IMG/VR virus record: IMGVR_UViG_3300028115_000004
Coordinates: 32,001-96,000 of that record
Length of the DNA: 64,000 nucleotides
Strand: one strand, 5' to 3'
From: a virus
The translations under genes and the position numbers were made by a program. The first letter of the stretch is position 1; every line of letters begins with the position of its first letter. Below the pieces are notes generated by a model. It saw only the letters and a program-made list of their open reading frames with translations, did no database searches and had not been told where the DNA came from. This document shows positions 55,819 to 64,000 of the stretch, one piece after another.

Positions 55819-56367
55819 ATGAATGATTTGATTGCAAAGTTTGAAGAACGTGGTTACAAGTTGATCGTTGACGCAGAGCGTCCGGTTGCTAGGTGCGAAC
55901 GTCCTGCCCCCCGTGCTCGTCTTGGTTACAAGATTGAGTTCAACTACCGCTTCGCTAACGAGGCACGAAGGATCCAGTACTGTGAGGAGTTCCTCGCTAA
56001 CCTTGACCTTGCTGCTGCCTACAAGGAAGAACGCAAGGCGAAACGTGCCGCTGAACGGAAAGATGCGGTTGCCAATGTCAAAGAGGGTGACCTCTATGTC
56101 GCTAGTTGGGGTTATGAACAGACTAACGTTGATGCCTATCAGGTAGTTGCGAAGAAGGGTGCTACTGTTACTCTGCGAGAGATTGCGCTTTTCACTGTCG
56201 AAGGTAGTGAAGGTTTCATGAGTGACCGTGTTGTCCCCGTCAAGGATCGATTCATCGGTGGTGAGTTCAAGAAGCGAGTCACTGGTAAGTACATCAATGT
56301 TGATGACGTTCGTATGGCTTGTCCTGCGGAAGAAGGTAATGAGTTTTACAGAAGCTGGTACGCTTAA
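55819..56367 (+). CDS. early hypothetical protein
   Basis: GDLYVASWGYEQTNVD.YQVV motif. Confidence 0.7.
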   Translation: MNDLIAKFEERGYKLIVDAERPVARCERPAPRARLGYKIEFNYRFANEARRIQYCEEFLANLDLAAAYKEERKAKRAAERKDAVANVKEGDLYVASWGYEQTNVDAYQVVAKKGATVTLREIALFTVEGSEGFMSDRVVPVKDRFIGGEFKKRVTGKYINVDDVRMACPAEEGNEFYRSWYA

Positions 56368-56378
56368 GGAGATATATT

Positions 56379-56618
56379 ATGATGTTTGTTGCGAAACCCA
56401 AAGTGTCTAACATGTTTGACGCAAAAGAATTTGACAATGTGCTCGATGCGGTTAACTACCTCAACGAGTACAACGAACTCGGTAAGGAGTTCGCTGGTGA
56501 TGACGGTAACTATGCCTCTAAGTTGAAGGCAGAGGATTGGGAGATGATCGGTAAGTTGATCGCTCCCAAGGGAATCTACTTCCGTGATAACAAGGTGATG
56601 GGGAGGGTAGCGGCGTGA
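56379..56618 (+). CDS. hypothetical protein
   Basis: ORF with AAGGAG SD. Confidence 0.65.
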   Translation: MMFVAKPKVSNMFDAKEFDNVLDAVNYLNEYNELGKEFAGDDGNYASKLKAEDWEMIGKLIAPKGIYFRDNKVMGRVAA

Positions 56619-57097
56619 ACGGTTTTCGAAAGTTGCAAGAACGTTTAACTGAGGAGGGCTGGTTCGTTGGTTGGAACCTGCCCTGTTGTCAAAGTTGTGC
56701 TTGGGGCGATGTTCCGTTTGAGTTCGAAGACGGAACCGAAGTAGACGTAAACAAAGTTCTCTTCAACCATTCTCAGGATTGTGAAGTCTATTTTGATGGC
56801 GAAGAATGTCCTGAGTGCGGCTCCGATAGTCGTGATGAAGAAGGTGAAGACTGTCTGACGTGTTATGGTAAAGGTGTAATCGCAGAAGGATTCGATCCGT
56901 CAGAGTACGACACTTCAGTGGGCGGTTTCATCTGTATGTCACCCGAACAACAAACTACATCGACGTTCTGCTTTGCAGGTGATAAAGAAGGTGTTAAGAA
57001 TCTAAAAGCCATCCTGCCTATCATCGAGGAGTGTGGTTGTAAAATACACTGGAACGGCAAAGGCGATACTCGCCCTGAGATTAGTTGGGAGTTGTAG
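56615..57097 (+). CDS. Cys-rich hypothetical protein
   Basis: CCQSCAW, FNHSQD, CPECG, CLTCYG, WNG. Confidence 0.6.
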   Translation: MNGFRKLQERLTEEGWFVGWNLPCCQSCAWGDVPFEFEDGTEVDVNKVLFNHSQDCEVYFDGEECPECGSDSRDEEGEDCLTCYGKGVIAEGFDPSEYDTSVGGFICMSPEQQTTSTFCFAGDKEGVKNLKAILPIIEECGCKIHWNGKGDTRPEISWEL

Positions 57098-57099
57098 TG

Positions 57100-57243
57100 A
57101 TGTGGATTCTTATTTTGTACTTGGGATTTTCTTTCGGGTCAGTTGAGTTTAACACTGCGCTTGACTGTGAGACTGCACTAGATCAAGCCACCTCAGTGTT
57201 TGAAGATTCAGTTGGTCTTTGTGTCTATAAAGGAGAAGAGTAA
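57100..57243 (+). CDS. small protein with hydrophobic N-terminus (47 aa)
   Basis: Manually read ORF MWILILYLGF...EF....CE.A...C. Confidence 0.5.
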   Translation: MWILILYLGFSFGSVEFNTALDCETALDQATSVFEDSVGLCVYKGEE

Positions 57244-57455
57244 TGTTAGTTTATTGTGATTTGATTGCGTTTTCAATTTCGAATCTTCTGCCTGAAATCA
57301 AACTAAATGATGATTTTCTGCTTGACAAAGCGACAGCACCTAAGTTACACTTAGATAAAGATGGTGTCTTCGTGAGTACCAAGAAAGAAATCTTTGCACG
57401 TGACATCAATGGTATGAAGTATAAAATTACAGTTGAGGAGATTGGCGATGAGTAG
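57243..57455 (+). CDS. hypothetical protein
   Basis: TAATG coupling; ends YKITVEEI. Confidence 0.6.
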   Translation: MLVYCDLIAFSISNLLPEIKLNDDFLLDKATAPKLHLDKDGVFVSTKKEIFARDINGMKYKITVEEIGDE

Positions 57456-57684
57456 GATGGGTGCATTTATTTTGGATGTTCAGACTGCGGTCTGTGACAA
57501 CTTTAATCAACCCCTAGATAAGTGCAAGGAAGCTGTCTATGAACAGTTTATTGCAATGGGTGAACCTGAGTGGAAAGCGAATTACGCTCGTGAAACCGCT
57601 GAGGATTATTATAACGAGATCGTTCATGATGTGGACGAATTTTCATATTTGGTTGCGTCTGAGAGACGTAGTAAGCATATATAG
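57448..57684 (+). CDS. hypothetical protein
   Basis: GAGGAG SD; MSRMGAFILDVQ. Confidence 0.55.
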   Translation: MSRMGAFILDVQTAVCDNFNQPLDKCKEAVYEQFIAMGEPEWKANYARETAEDYYNEIVHDVDEFSYLVASERRSKHI

Positions 57685-57700
57685 TAATATGAGGTGAAAA

Positions 57701-58138
57701 ATGGCAATCACACCACCCCGAAAACAGGTGTATGAGATTTTCTTAGAATTAGAACAGGCAACCAATAAGGCGAAACGTCTTGAAGTGTTTGAAAAGTATT
57801 CCGATGTTCCTGCTTTTAAGGACATCCTACGAGGTCTTTTCGATGATTCCTTGGAGTTCCTACTCCCCAAAGGCAAGCCGCCTTACACCCCAAACAGACC
57901 AGAGTCTACCCCGTCTTCCTTGCTGCGGGAACACCGCCAATTCGGTTACTTCGTAAATGGCGGGCCAGGCACTCAAATGCAATCGTATAAACGTGAACAG
58001 AAATTCATCAACTTGTTGGAAGGTATCCATCCAGATGATGCTCTGTTGGTTTTGGCGATGGTGGACAAAAAGTCCCCCATTAAAGGTCTAACTAAGAAAC
58101 TGGTACAGGAGGCATACCCTAACTTAATCTCAAAATAA
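57701..58138 (+). CDS. conserved T4-like hypothetical protein (DUF6433-like)
   Basis: FD...EFLLP.G.PPY, KRE..FI.LLEGIHP.DA, GLT.KLV.EAYP.L. Confidence 0.7.
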   Translation: MAITPPRKQVYEIFLELEQATNKAKRLEVFEKYSDVPAFKDILRGLFDDSLEFLLPKGKPPYTPNRPESTPSSLLREHRQFGYFVNGGPGTQMQSYKREQKFINLLEGIHPDDALLVLAMVDKKSPIKGLTKKLVQEAYPNLISK

Positions 58139-58162
58139 CTAAACCAATCCAAAGGAGATTTA

Positions 58163-58336
58163 ATGACAGCAGCCCAAATAGAACGGTTAAGAAAAGATTC
58201 CCGTGATCTAGATCACTACATTGCGAGTCTTAAGAAAAAAGGTAAGGAACAGAAGGCACATAAATTGATAGCCAAACGTGCTTTCCTCGACCAGACTATT
58301 CATGAAACATATGCAAACCAATCTCTAAGGGGGTGA
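58163..58336 (+). CDS. small basic helical protein (57 aa)
   Basis: Manually read ORF with AAGGAG SD: MTAAQIERLRKDSRDLDHYI... Confidence 0.6.
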   Translation: MTAAQIERLRKDSRDLDHYIASLKKKGKEQKAHKLIAKRAFLDQTIHETYANQSLRG

Positions 58337-58389
58337 TCCTATCTCTTCACCGAAGGGTGTCGTAGTGGATTTTGATATCGAGTGTGAAG
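58326..58389 (+). promoter_or_regulatory. extended anti-SD complement followed by a hairpin
   Basis: TAAGGGGGTGATCC versus the 16S 3' complement TAAGGAGGTGATCC; stem CTTCAC...GTGAAG. Confidence 0.5.
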
Positions 58390-58395
58390 TAAATT

Positions 58396-58632
58396 ATGCC
58401 AATCTATAATTTCAGAAGTAAGGAGACCGGAGAGATCACGGAAGTGACTCTCCGGATTTCCCAATTAGATCAGTATAAAACTGATAATCCGCAACTGGAG
58501 CAAGTTCATCTGTCCGCTCCAGGCCTTACAAGTGGTCACAAGTCTTCACGTCAACTAGCCGGTAGCGACTGGAACGACCTCTTGAAGGGTATCAAAAAGA
58601 ATTCCGGTAAAGGGAACACAATCAAAACATGA
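58396..58632 (+). CDS. FmdB-like small protein (Cys-less zinc-ribbon fold)
   Basis: MPIYNF....TGE..E, NPQLEQ, W.DLL..IK. Confidence 0.6.
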   Translation: MPIYNFRSKETGEITEVTLRISQLDQYKTDNPQLEQVHLSAPGLTSGHKSSRQLAGSDWNDLLKGIKKNSGKGNTIKT

Positions 58633-59330
58633 GGAAAGAACGCACCCAACCTCAGAAGTTGCGTATCGATGACCTTTTGACTTACGAACCCATCACAGGT
58701 TTGCAAGAGGTTGTCTATAAGGCATGGGATGAGGGCAATCATATTGTCATGTCGGGTACTGCAGGAACGGGTAAGACTTTCACTGCATTGTACCTTGGAC
58801 TAGAACAAGTCCTTGATAAGGGCAACACCTTTGAGAAGGTTGTTGTTGTCAGATCAATAGTTCCCACTCGGGAGATTGGATTCTTGCCGGGCTCACTAGA
58901 GGAGAAGATGGATGCGTACACTGGCCCGTATCGGGCGATTTGTACTGAACTATTTAAAGATGGTGGAGCATACGATAAACTCACCAGTGCGGGAGTTGTC
59001 GAGTTCATGTCCACATCTTTCATTCGTGGTGCCACAATCAATGATGCGATTGTAATCATCGACGAAATGCAAAACCTATCGTTTCACGAGTTAGACTCAG
59101 TAATCACACGAATAGGTAGAAACTGTCGGATCATATTCTGCGGTGATTATCACCAGACAGATTTTACGAAAGAATCCGACAAAAGGGGTCTACTAAAGTT
59201 CCTAGATATTATTGAACATATGACTAGGTTCACGGTAGTAGAATTTAGTTGGGCAGATATAGTTCGTTCGGACTTCGTGCGAGACTATATAATGACAAAG
59301 GAAATGTTAGGATACACAAAAAATGAATAA
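58629..59330 (+). CDS. phoH: PhoH-family ATPase
   Basis: GTAGTGKT, IGFLPG, SFIRG, IIDEMQN, TRIG, GD..Q.D, DIVRS. Confidence 0.93.
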   Translation: MRKERTQPQKLRIDDLLTYEPITGLQEVVYKAWDEGNHIVMSGTAGTGKTFTALYLGLEQVLDKGNTFEKVVVVRSIVPTREIGFLPGSLEEKMDAYTGPYRAICTELFKDGGAYDKLTSAGVVEFMSTSFIRGATINDAIVIIDEMQNLSFHELDSVITRIGRNCRIIFCGDYHQTDFTKESDKRGLLKFLDIIEHMTRFTVVEFSWADIVRSDFVRDYIMTKEMLGYTKNE

Positions 59331-59769
59331 AGAATCAGTTTACGAACAATTAAAAATCGACGAAGGAGTCAAGTATGAAATCTACAATGACCACCTCGGC
59401 TATCCGACCTTCGGAGTCGGTCACCTTATCGTCGAAGGTGATCCGGAATTCGGAAGGGAAGTTGGAGCTCCAATTGATGAAGAAAGAGTGCGGGAAGTAT
59501 TTGATAGAGACCTTGAAACTTCCATCGGAGAGTGTCACGCTCTATACGGAGAAGGGTGTTTTGGAGACTTCCCTGATGAAGTCCAGCAAATCTTGGTTAA
59601 CATGATGTTCAATATGGGACGTACACGTCTCAGTAAGTTCAAGAAGTTTAACGCTGCACTAGAAGCATGTGATTGGAAGACCGCTGCCGTAGAAGGGAGA
59701 GATTCACTGTGGTACAGGCAAGTGACAAATCGGGCCGAAAGACTCATGTCCCGAATGGAAGCAGTGTAA
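59323..59769 (+). CDS. T4-type lysozyme (GH24)
   Basis: DEG....IY.DHLGYPTFGVGHL catalytic E/D/T; NMMFNMG; SLWYRQV.NRA. Confidence 0.9.
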   Translation: MNKESVYEQLKIDEGVKYEIYNDHLGYPTFGVGHLIVEGDPEFGREVGAPIDEERVREVFDRDLETSIGECHALYGEGCFGDFPDEVQQILVNMMFNMGRTRLSKFKKFNAALEACDWKTAAVEGRDSLWYRQVTNRAERLMSRMEAV

Positions 59770-59862
59770 AATATCCGTATCGGTTCTGGGACTCTGAGAA
59801 GAGAACCTTTGTCGATTGGAACACTTTGATTGGCAACAAGGAGACTCGTGAGAGTTGAAATA

Positions 59863-60015
59863 ATGGCAAAGTACACTCGCCATGACGACCGCAATAAAAA
59901 GCGGAATAAGCACAAACAGTACTCTAAAGAAGGGTACACTAGGAAAATACATAATGTCGAAAGTAAAAGGAGATACTCGGAAAAACTTAATTTTCCAGTA
60001 TATGATACTGAATGA
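59863..60015 (+). CDS. small basic protein
   Basis: MAKYTRHDDRNKKRNKHK. Confidence 0.45.
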   Translation: MAKYTRHDDRNKKRNKHKQYSKEGYTRKIHNVESKRRYSEKLNFPVYDTE

Positions 60016-60802
60016 TGATCTAGATGAGAAGAGAGGGCCTATCCTTGGTAGGTCACGATCCGAACTCTACGCAGAAGTCGCAGACGTATCCCGTAGGTCT
60101 TTCGAAATCTATGCCGAGAAACTCGGTGCAGATTACTTATATTCAGACGAAGCGGTATACACTAAAGACGAATGGGAAAGGGATACTACGGTTTGCCTTT
60201 TCGAATGTCTGAGAGTAGTATACGATGAGTCTTTTGATGAGTATGAGAACTTGCTGTTCGTCGATACCGATATTGTTGCCAACACTGAAGAGAACATCTT
60301 TGACCTCATGGAAGGTGATGTCATGGGTGTTCTTGAGAGTGATATCAGAACATTCAACGGTGGTGGATACAACGCATGGGACAGGAAGCCTGATGTCTAC
60401 AGAGATCAGGTAACCAAGTATGAGTACCACGGTGTTCCCATCGTTCCCGCCATGCCACCCAACCACCCATCAAAACTAACCATCATGAACACAGGTGTTG
60501 TCTGTTGGTCACGAGACGCTCGTCTGTATGCACGAGAACACTTCGACGATTGGAAGGAGTGGTTCTTCGAAGGCCCTCAGTTACACATGTCTCTCATGAA
60601 CGATCAACCCTACCTGTCTGGTCAGTTCCAGAAGTGGAATATGGACGTTCAGACCATAGACCAGACTTGGAATGACTCCCCCCATTATGAGACTGAAGAG
60701 TTGTTCTTTGAGAAGGCGAAGATGTGTCACTACACTGGTGGGGACTGGAAAGTCCTCATGATGGAACACTACCGAGACAAAAAATTTAAGATTTTTTCAT
60801 AA
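59954..60802 (+). CDS. GT-A fold glycosyltransferase-like protein
   Basis: YA...GADY, LFVDTDI (DxD), NTGVV, DQ.YL, WN, HY. Confidence 0.7.
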   Translation: MSKVKGDTRKNLIFQYMILNDDLDEKRGPILGRSRSELYAEVADVSRRSFEIYAEKLGADYLYSDEAVYTKDEWERDTTVCLFECLRVVYDESFDEYENLLFVDTDIVANTEENIFDLMEGDVMGVLESDIRTFNGGGYNAWDRKPDVYRDQVTKYEYHGVPIVPAMPPNHPSKLTIMNTGVVCWSRDARLYAREHFDDWKEWFFEGPQLHMSLMNDQPYLSGQFQKWNMDVQTIDQTWNDSPHYETEELFFEKAKMCHYTGGDWKVLMMEHYRDKKFKIFS

Positions 60803-60808
60803 AAACGC

Positions 60809-60837
60809 TTGACAAACGTCTCGGTATGGTGTACTAT
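60809..60837 (+). promoter_or_regulatory. sigma70 early-type promoter
   Basis: AAAAACGC-TTGACA-N17-TACTAT. Confidence 0.65.
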
Positions 60838-60862
60838 TATACTATATTGAGAAGGAGTAGTT

Positions 60863-61438
60863 ATGCGAGATTATGAGAAAGTGATTCTGACTGACGTGGA
60901 TGGCGTCCTCTTGAATTGGGGATATGCGTTTCACGTCTGGATGGAAGAACATGGACACAAGAAAGTCAAGGACGTTTACGATATAAGTGAGACTTACGGA
61001 ATCGATTATGTAACTGGTAAGAGACTGGTTCGACAGTTCAACGAGAGTGCTGCGATTGGATTCCTCCCCCCTCTACGAGACGCAATCCACTACGTGCGAA
61101 AGTTGCACGAAGAACATGGATACGTCTTCCATGCGATTACTAGTTTGAGTCTTGACCAACACGCAGGTGAGTTACGAACTCAGAACCTCAAGAAGTTGTT
61201 CGGTGAGACTGCATTTCAGAAGTTTGTCTACCTCGACACTGGTGCTGACAAGGACGAAGCCCTTGCAGAGTATGCCGGTAAGCCCTTCATTTGGGTTGAA
61301 GACAAAGTTGAGAACGCCCTCGTGGGAGATAAGTTAGGACTAGATAGTGTTGTAATGGAACATGGTTACAACATGGAAGATTGTCCGCTCCCTCTAATGA
61401 AAAATTGGGAGGACATTTACAACTACCTAGAGGGTTAA
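60863..61438 (+). CDS. HAD-family phosphatase / 5'(3')-deoxyribonucleotidase (T4 30.2-like)
   Basis: DVDGVL, ITS, K, WVEDK..N. Confidence 0.8.
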   Translation: MRDYEKVILTDVDGVLLNWGYAFHVWMEEHGHKKVKDVYDISETYGIDYVTGKRLVRQFNESAAIGFLPPLRDAIHYVRKLHEEHGYVFHAITSLSLDQHAGELRTQNLKKLFGETAFQKFVYLDTGADKDEALAEYAGKPFIWVEDKVENALVGDKLGLDSVVMEHGYNMEDCPLPLMKNWEDIYNYLEG

Positions 61439-62950
61439 ATGACAAGATATATTGGTTTCAGTGAGTTCTATCACGATGCTGGTATTGCAGTAATCGAACA
61501 AGATGGAACGGTGTCCTATGCGACACATGCAGAACGTTGGTCTAAGAACAAGAATGATGCCCACATCCCCGAAGCTTTGTGGGATCACATTGGTTATCAG
61601 GACGACGAAGTAGTTACCTTCTATGAAGATCATAATATCAAATATGGTCTTCGTGGAGGTATTGCTGTACAAGGCGACAAAGCGAAAGTCTACCCTAGAC
61701 ATGGGCACAATAAAAGACTCTGGGAAAAGGTTCCTGCCCACGAGATGTTGCACTATGATAAGTTGCACGAACATCACGTGTCTCATTGTGCAGGCGCTTA
61801 CTATACCCGTCCGTGGGAATCTAAAGAAGATACTGTCATGGTGTCTATCGACGGTGCAGGGGAAGTCCAATGTTCCGTTATCTATGATCACAACTTCAAT
61901 CTAATCAAAGAGTGGCACTATCCTAAGTCAATCGGACTGATCTACAGTACGGTTACCTATGCCTTGGGTCTCAGACCCCTTGAGGATGAATATGTGGTCA
62001 TGGGTCTTTCGTCCTATGGTCAGGACGTATTCTCAGACTGGATTTGGGAACAGTACCATTCCTTCGAAGACCTCGCAACCTATGAACTTGAGAATGACCT
62101 GAAACTTGGTGTGGACTCACCTAGAGAGGAACAGAGACTTAAGTTCCGTGATGAGTTGATGGAGAAGGTTAAGTCAGTCACCCCCGAAGAAGCAGCCGCA
62201 TCCGTACAGGAATTTGCAAGACGTGCGATTCTAGAGATCATGACAGAGGCACGTAAGTATGGTTCCAAGTTGGTCTACTCTGGTGGTTGTGCACAGAATG
62301 TGGTGGTCAACTCTCTGATTCATGAGATGTTCGATGAGGTACATATTGCAATTGCACCAGCGGACTCTGGTAGTGCATTAGGGTGTGCCGCACGTACATG
62401 GGCGCAGGAGACAGGCGGAGACCGTCTTATCTGGACTCCCTACATGGGTACGAATATCGACCGTGAGATCAACCCCTCTGACGTTGTAGACCACCTTCTG
62501 AAACATCAATACTGTGGTGTCGCAAATGGACGTGCAGAGTATGGGCCACGTGCACTTGGAAATCGATCCTTGATTGCAGACGTTAGGTTCGATGTCAAGG
62601 ATACGGTCAACGAGATCAAACGCAGACAGAAGTATCGTCCCTTCGCCCCTGCCATTCTAGAAGAGTATGCGGATCAATACTTCGAAGGGCCTATGAACGA
62701 GTACATGCAGTTCACTTCCAAGGCACTTCATGACCATTCATCTGTTACCCATGTAGACGGCACTGCACGTGTACAGGTTGTACGCAAGGACTGTCAGTCA
62801 GTGTTCCGTAAGATCATCGAAGAGTACTATGAACGTACAGGGATTCCGATGTTACTAAATACTAGCTTGAACATCCGTGGTCGTCCTATGGTTGATGATG
62901 AAAAAGATGCGAAGTTGTGGGAAAGTCAATATAATGTCAAGGTGTTCTAA
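61439..62950 (+). CDS. carbamoyltransferase (NodU/CmcH/TobZ family)
   Basis: HDAG, HHVSH, DGAGE, MGLSSYG, GGCAQN, EYGPRALGNRS, RPFAP, HVDGTARVQ, LLNTSLN. Confidence 0.92.
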   Translation: MTRYIGFSEFYHDAGIAVIEQDGTVSYATHAERWSKNKNDAHIPEALWDHIGYQDDEVVTFYEDHNIKYGLRGGIAVQGDKAKVYPRHGHNKRLWEKVPAHEMLHYDKLHEHHVSHCAGAYYTRPWESKEDTVMVSIDGAGEVQCSVIYDHNFNLIKEWHYPKSIGLIYSTVTYALGLRPLEDEYVVMGLSSYGQDVFSDWIWEQYHSFEDLATYELENDLKLGVDSPREEQRLKFRDELMEKVKSVTPEEAAASVQEFARRAILEIMTEARKYGSKLVYSGGCAQNVVVNSLIHEMFDEVHIAIAPADSGSALGCAARTWAQETGGDRLIWTPYMGTNIDREINPSDVVDHLLKHQYCGVANGRAEYGPRALGNRSLIADVRFDVKDTVNEIKRRQKYRPFAPAILEEYADQYFEGPMNEYMQFTSKALHDHSSVTHVDGTARVQVVRKDCQSVFRKIIEEYYERTGIPMLLNTSLNIRGRPMVDDEKDAKLWESQYNVKVF

Positions 62951-62976
62951 AATGACAATAACAAAAGGAACCCGAT

Positions 62977-63300
62977 ATGGCAGACGAAAAAGAAACAATG
63001 TTTCATCCAGCTGATTCAAATGGTGATGGAGTTGTATCTCCCGAAGAACACCAGATGTATCTTGAATTTAAACGAAAGGAATTAGAAGACGCTGACGCAA
63101 TGCGTGATGCACAGAGAAGTATGACATGGTTTGCCCTGTTCGGTCTTCTGTTGTATCCCTTTGCAGTCGTACTTGCAGACTGGATTGGTCTGGACAGTGC
63201 ATCCAAGATTCTAGGTGATATGGCCGCAACTTACTTTGTGTCTGTTGCTGCAATCGTCGCTGCATTCTTTGGTGGACAGGCGTATTCTGCTAAGAAGTAA
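62977..63300 (+). CDS. EF-hand-like loop plus two-TM protein (holin-like)
   Basis: DSNGDGVVSPEE; QRSMTWFAL; TM helices ending AFFG. Confidence 0.6.
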   Translation: MADEKETMFHPADSNGDGVVSPEEHQMYLEFKRKELEDADAMRDAQRSMTWFALFGLLLYPFAVVLADWIGLDSASKILGDMAATYFVSVAAIVAAFFGGQAYSAKK

Positions 63301-63314
63301 ACATAAGGTAGATT

Positions 63315-64000
63315 ATGGAACGTGTAACGTGGAGAGGAACACCTGGCGTAGGTGATTTTATGTGGGCACTTAATGTGTGTCACCTTTACGCTTATCGTAA
63401 CAACACGAAAGTGAAACTGCAGATGCATTGGGATCACGGCCCCGATCATCTGCATCACTTCGAAGACCCCGAAACCATTACCGAAAGGATGGACTACATA
63501 CATAACTTCTATCATCGCAAGGATGATGTGGTTGTCGATCACCTATTCTACGCAGAAGGTAGATACTCAGACTGGTCGTATAAAGACGATCTAGAGTATG
63601 AGGATGGTGTTGTGAAAGTCAAAGTACCAGAAGATACTAGTAATCATTCAAAGAATAGATTCTGGTTTGAGTCTGGCTCTTGGACTGATGATCAGGGTGC
63701 AGACATTCCTGATAATGATTGGTTGTTTCGACAAGACGCTTTTCGAGAAACAGACAAACGGAAAGTAGTCATTTGGACGCCAGTGGCCAACGCAGAAGTT
63801 CCTAGACCTTGGAAAAGAAAGTTGACAGATTACGATTGGCGTGTTATAATTAAGAAACTTCGCCAGGCGGGATTAAAGGTAGTTGAATTGAACTATCGAA
63901 CTCCTGTAAGAGAAGCTATGTATCACATCTCTACGTGTAGACAGGTAATCTGTTACGATGGTATGTGGCATTATGTAGCAAAGAATTTTGCAAAACCTAT
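63315..64000 (+). CDS. GT-B / glycosyltransferase family 9-like protein, runs off the window edge
   Basis: Manually read ORF: RGTPGVGDFMWAL...WKR.LT..DW...ICYDGMWHYVA.NF.KP, matching GT9 GxGD and DxGxxHxA motifs. Confidence 0.55.
   Translation, partial: MERVTWRGTPGVGDFMWALNVCHLYAYRNNTKVKLQMHWDHGPDHLHHFEDPETITERMDYIHNFYHRKDDVVVDHLFYAEGRYSDWSYKDDLEYEDGVVKVKVPEDTSNHSKNRFWFESGSWTDDQGADIPDNDWLFRQDAFRETDKRKVVIWTPVANAEVPRPWKRKLTDYDWRVIIKKLRQAGLKVVELNYRTPVREAMYHISTCRQVICYDGMWHYVAKNFAKP

Noticed and set aside
1-64000. Stop-codon reassignment
   Set aside because: Core genes are full length in code 11, all three stop codons terminate genes, and no suppressor tRNA is present.

Overview
This 64-kb window comes from a large T4-like (myovirus-type) dsDNA phage, probably marine and probably infecting a heterotrophic proteobacterium (host is inference; no photosynthesis genes occur in the window). 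Nearly all genes lie on the + strand. Core content: gp3, uvsY, uvsW, gp55, gp47/46, gp45/44/62, regA, gp43, an AEP-type primase candidate, uvsX, gp41, dsbA, thyX, dCMP deaminase, nrdA (with a fused glutaredoxin domain), nrdB, endonuclease II-like, phoH, hsp20, lysozyme and three tRNAs (Arg-TCT, Gly-TCC, Thr-TGT). Accessory content: (i) a late-promoter-driven operon of 6-8 exported or membrane proteins (33.2-37.1 kb) including a Csu/spore-coat-U-like pilin and a PapD-like chaperone, my best candidate for an undescribed system (a phage-encoded pilus or envelope apparatus); (ii) a ~10-kb block of proteins with T4 internal-protein-like capsid-targeting N-termini, including a KxDG ligase-fold enzyme, a HIGH-type nucleotidyltransferase and a PD-(D/E)XK nuclease; (iii) a dispersed glycan/tailoring enzyme kit. 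Non-coding signals: a palindromic operator-like element on early promoters, a ROSE-like thermometer before hsp20, a perfect antisense sigma70 promoter next to an Sm-like gene, a 14-nt complement of the 16S rRNA 3' end, probable leaderless replication genes and apparent GGWCC avoidance. All calls come from motif recognition by eye; no searches were run.
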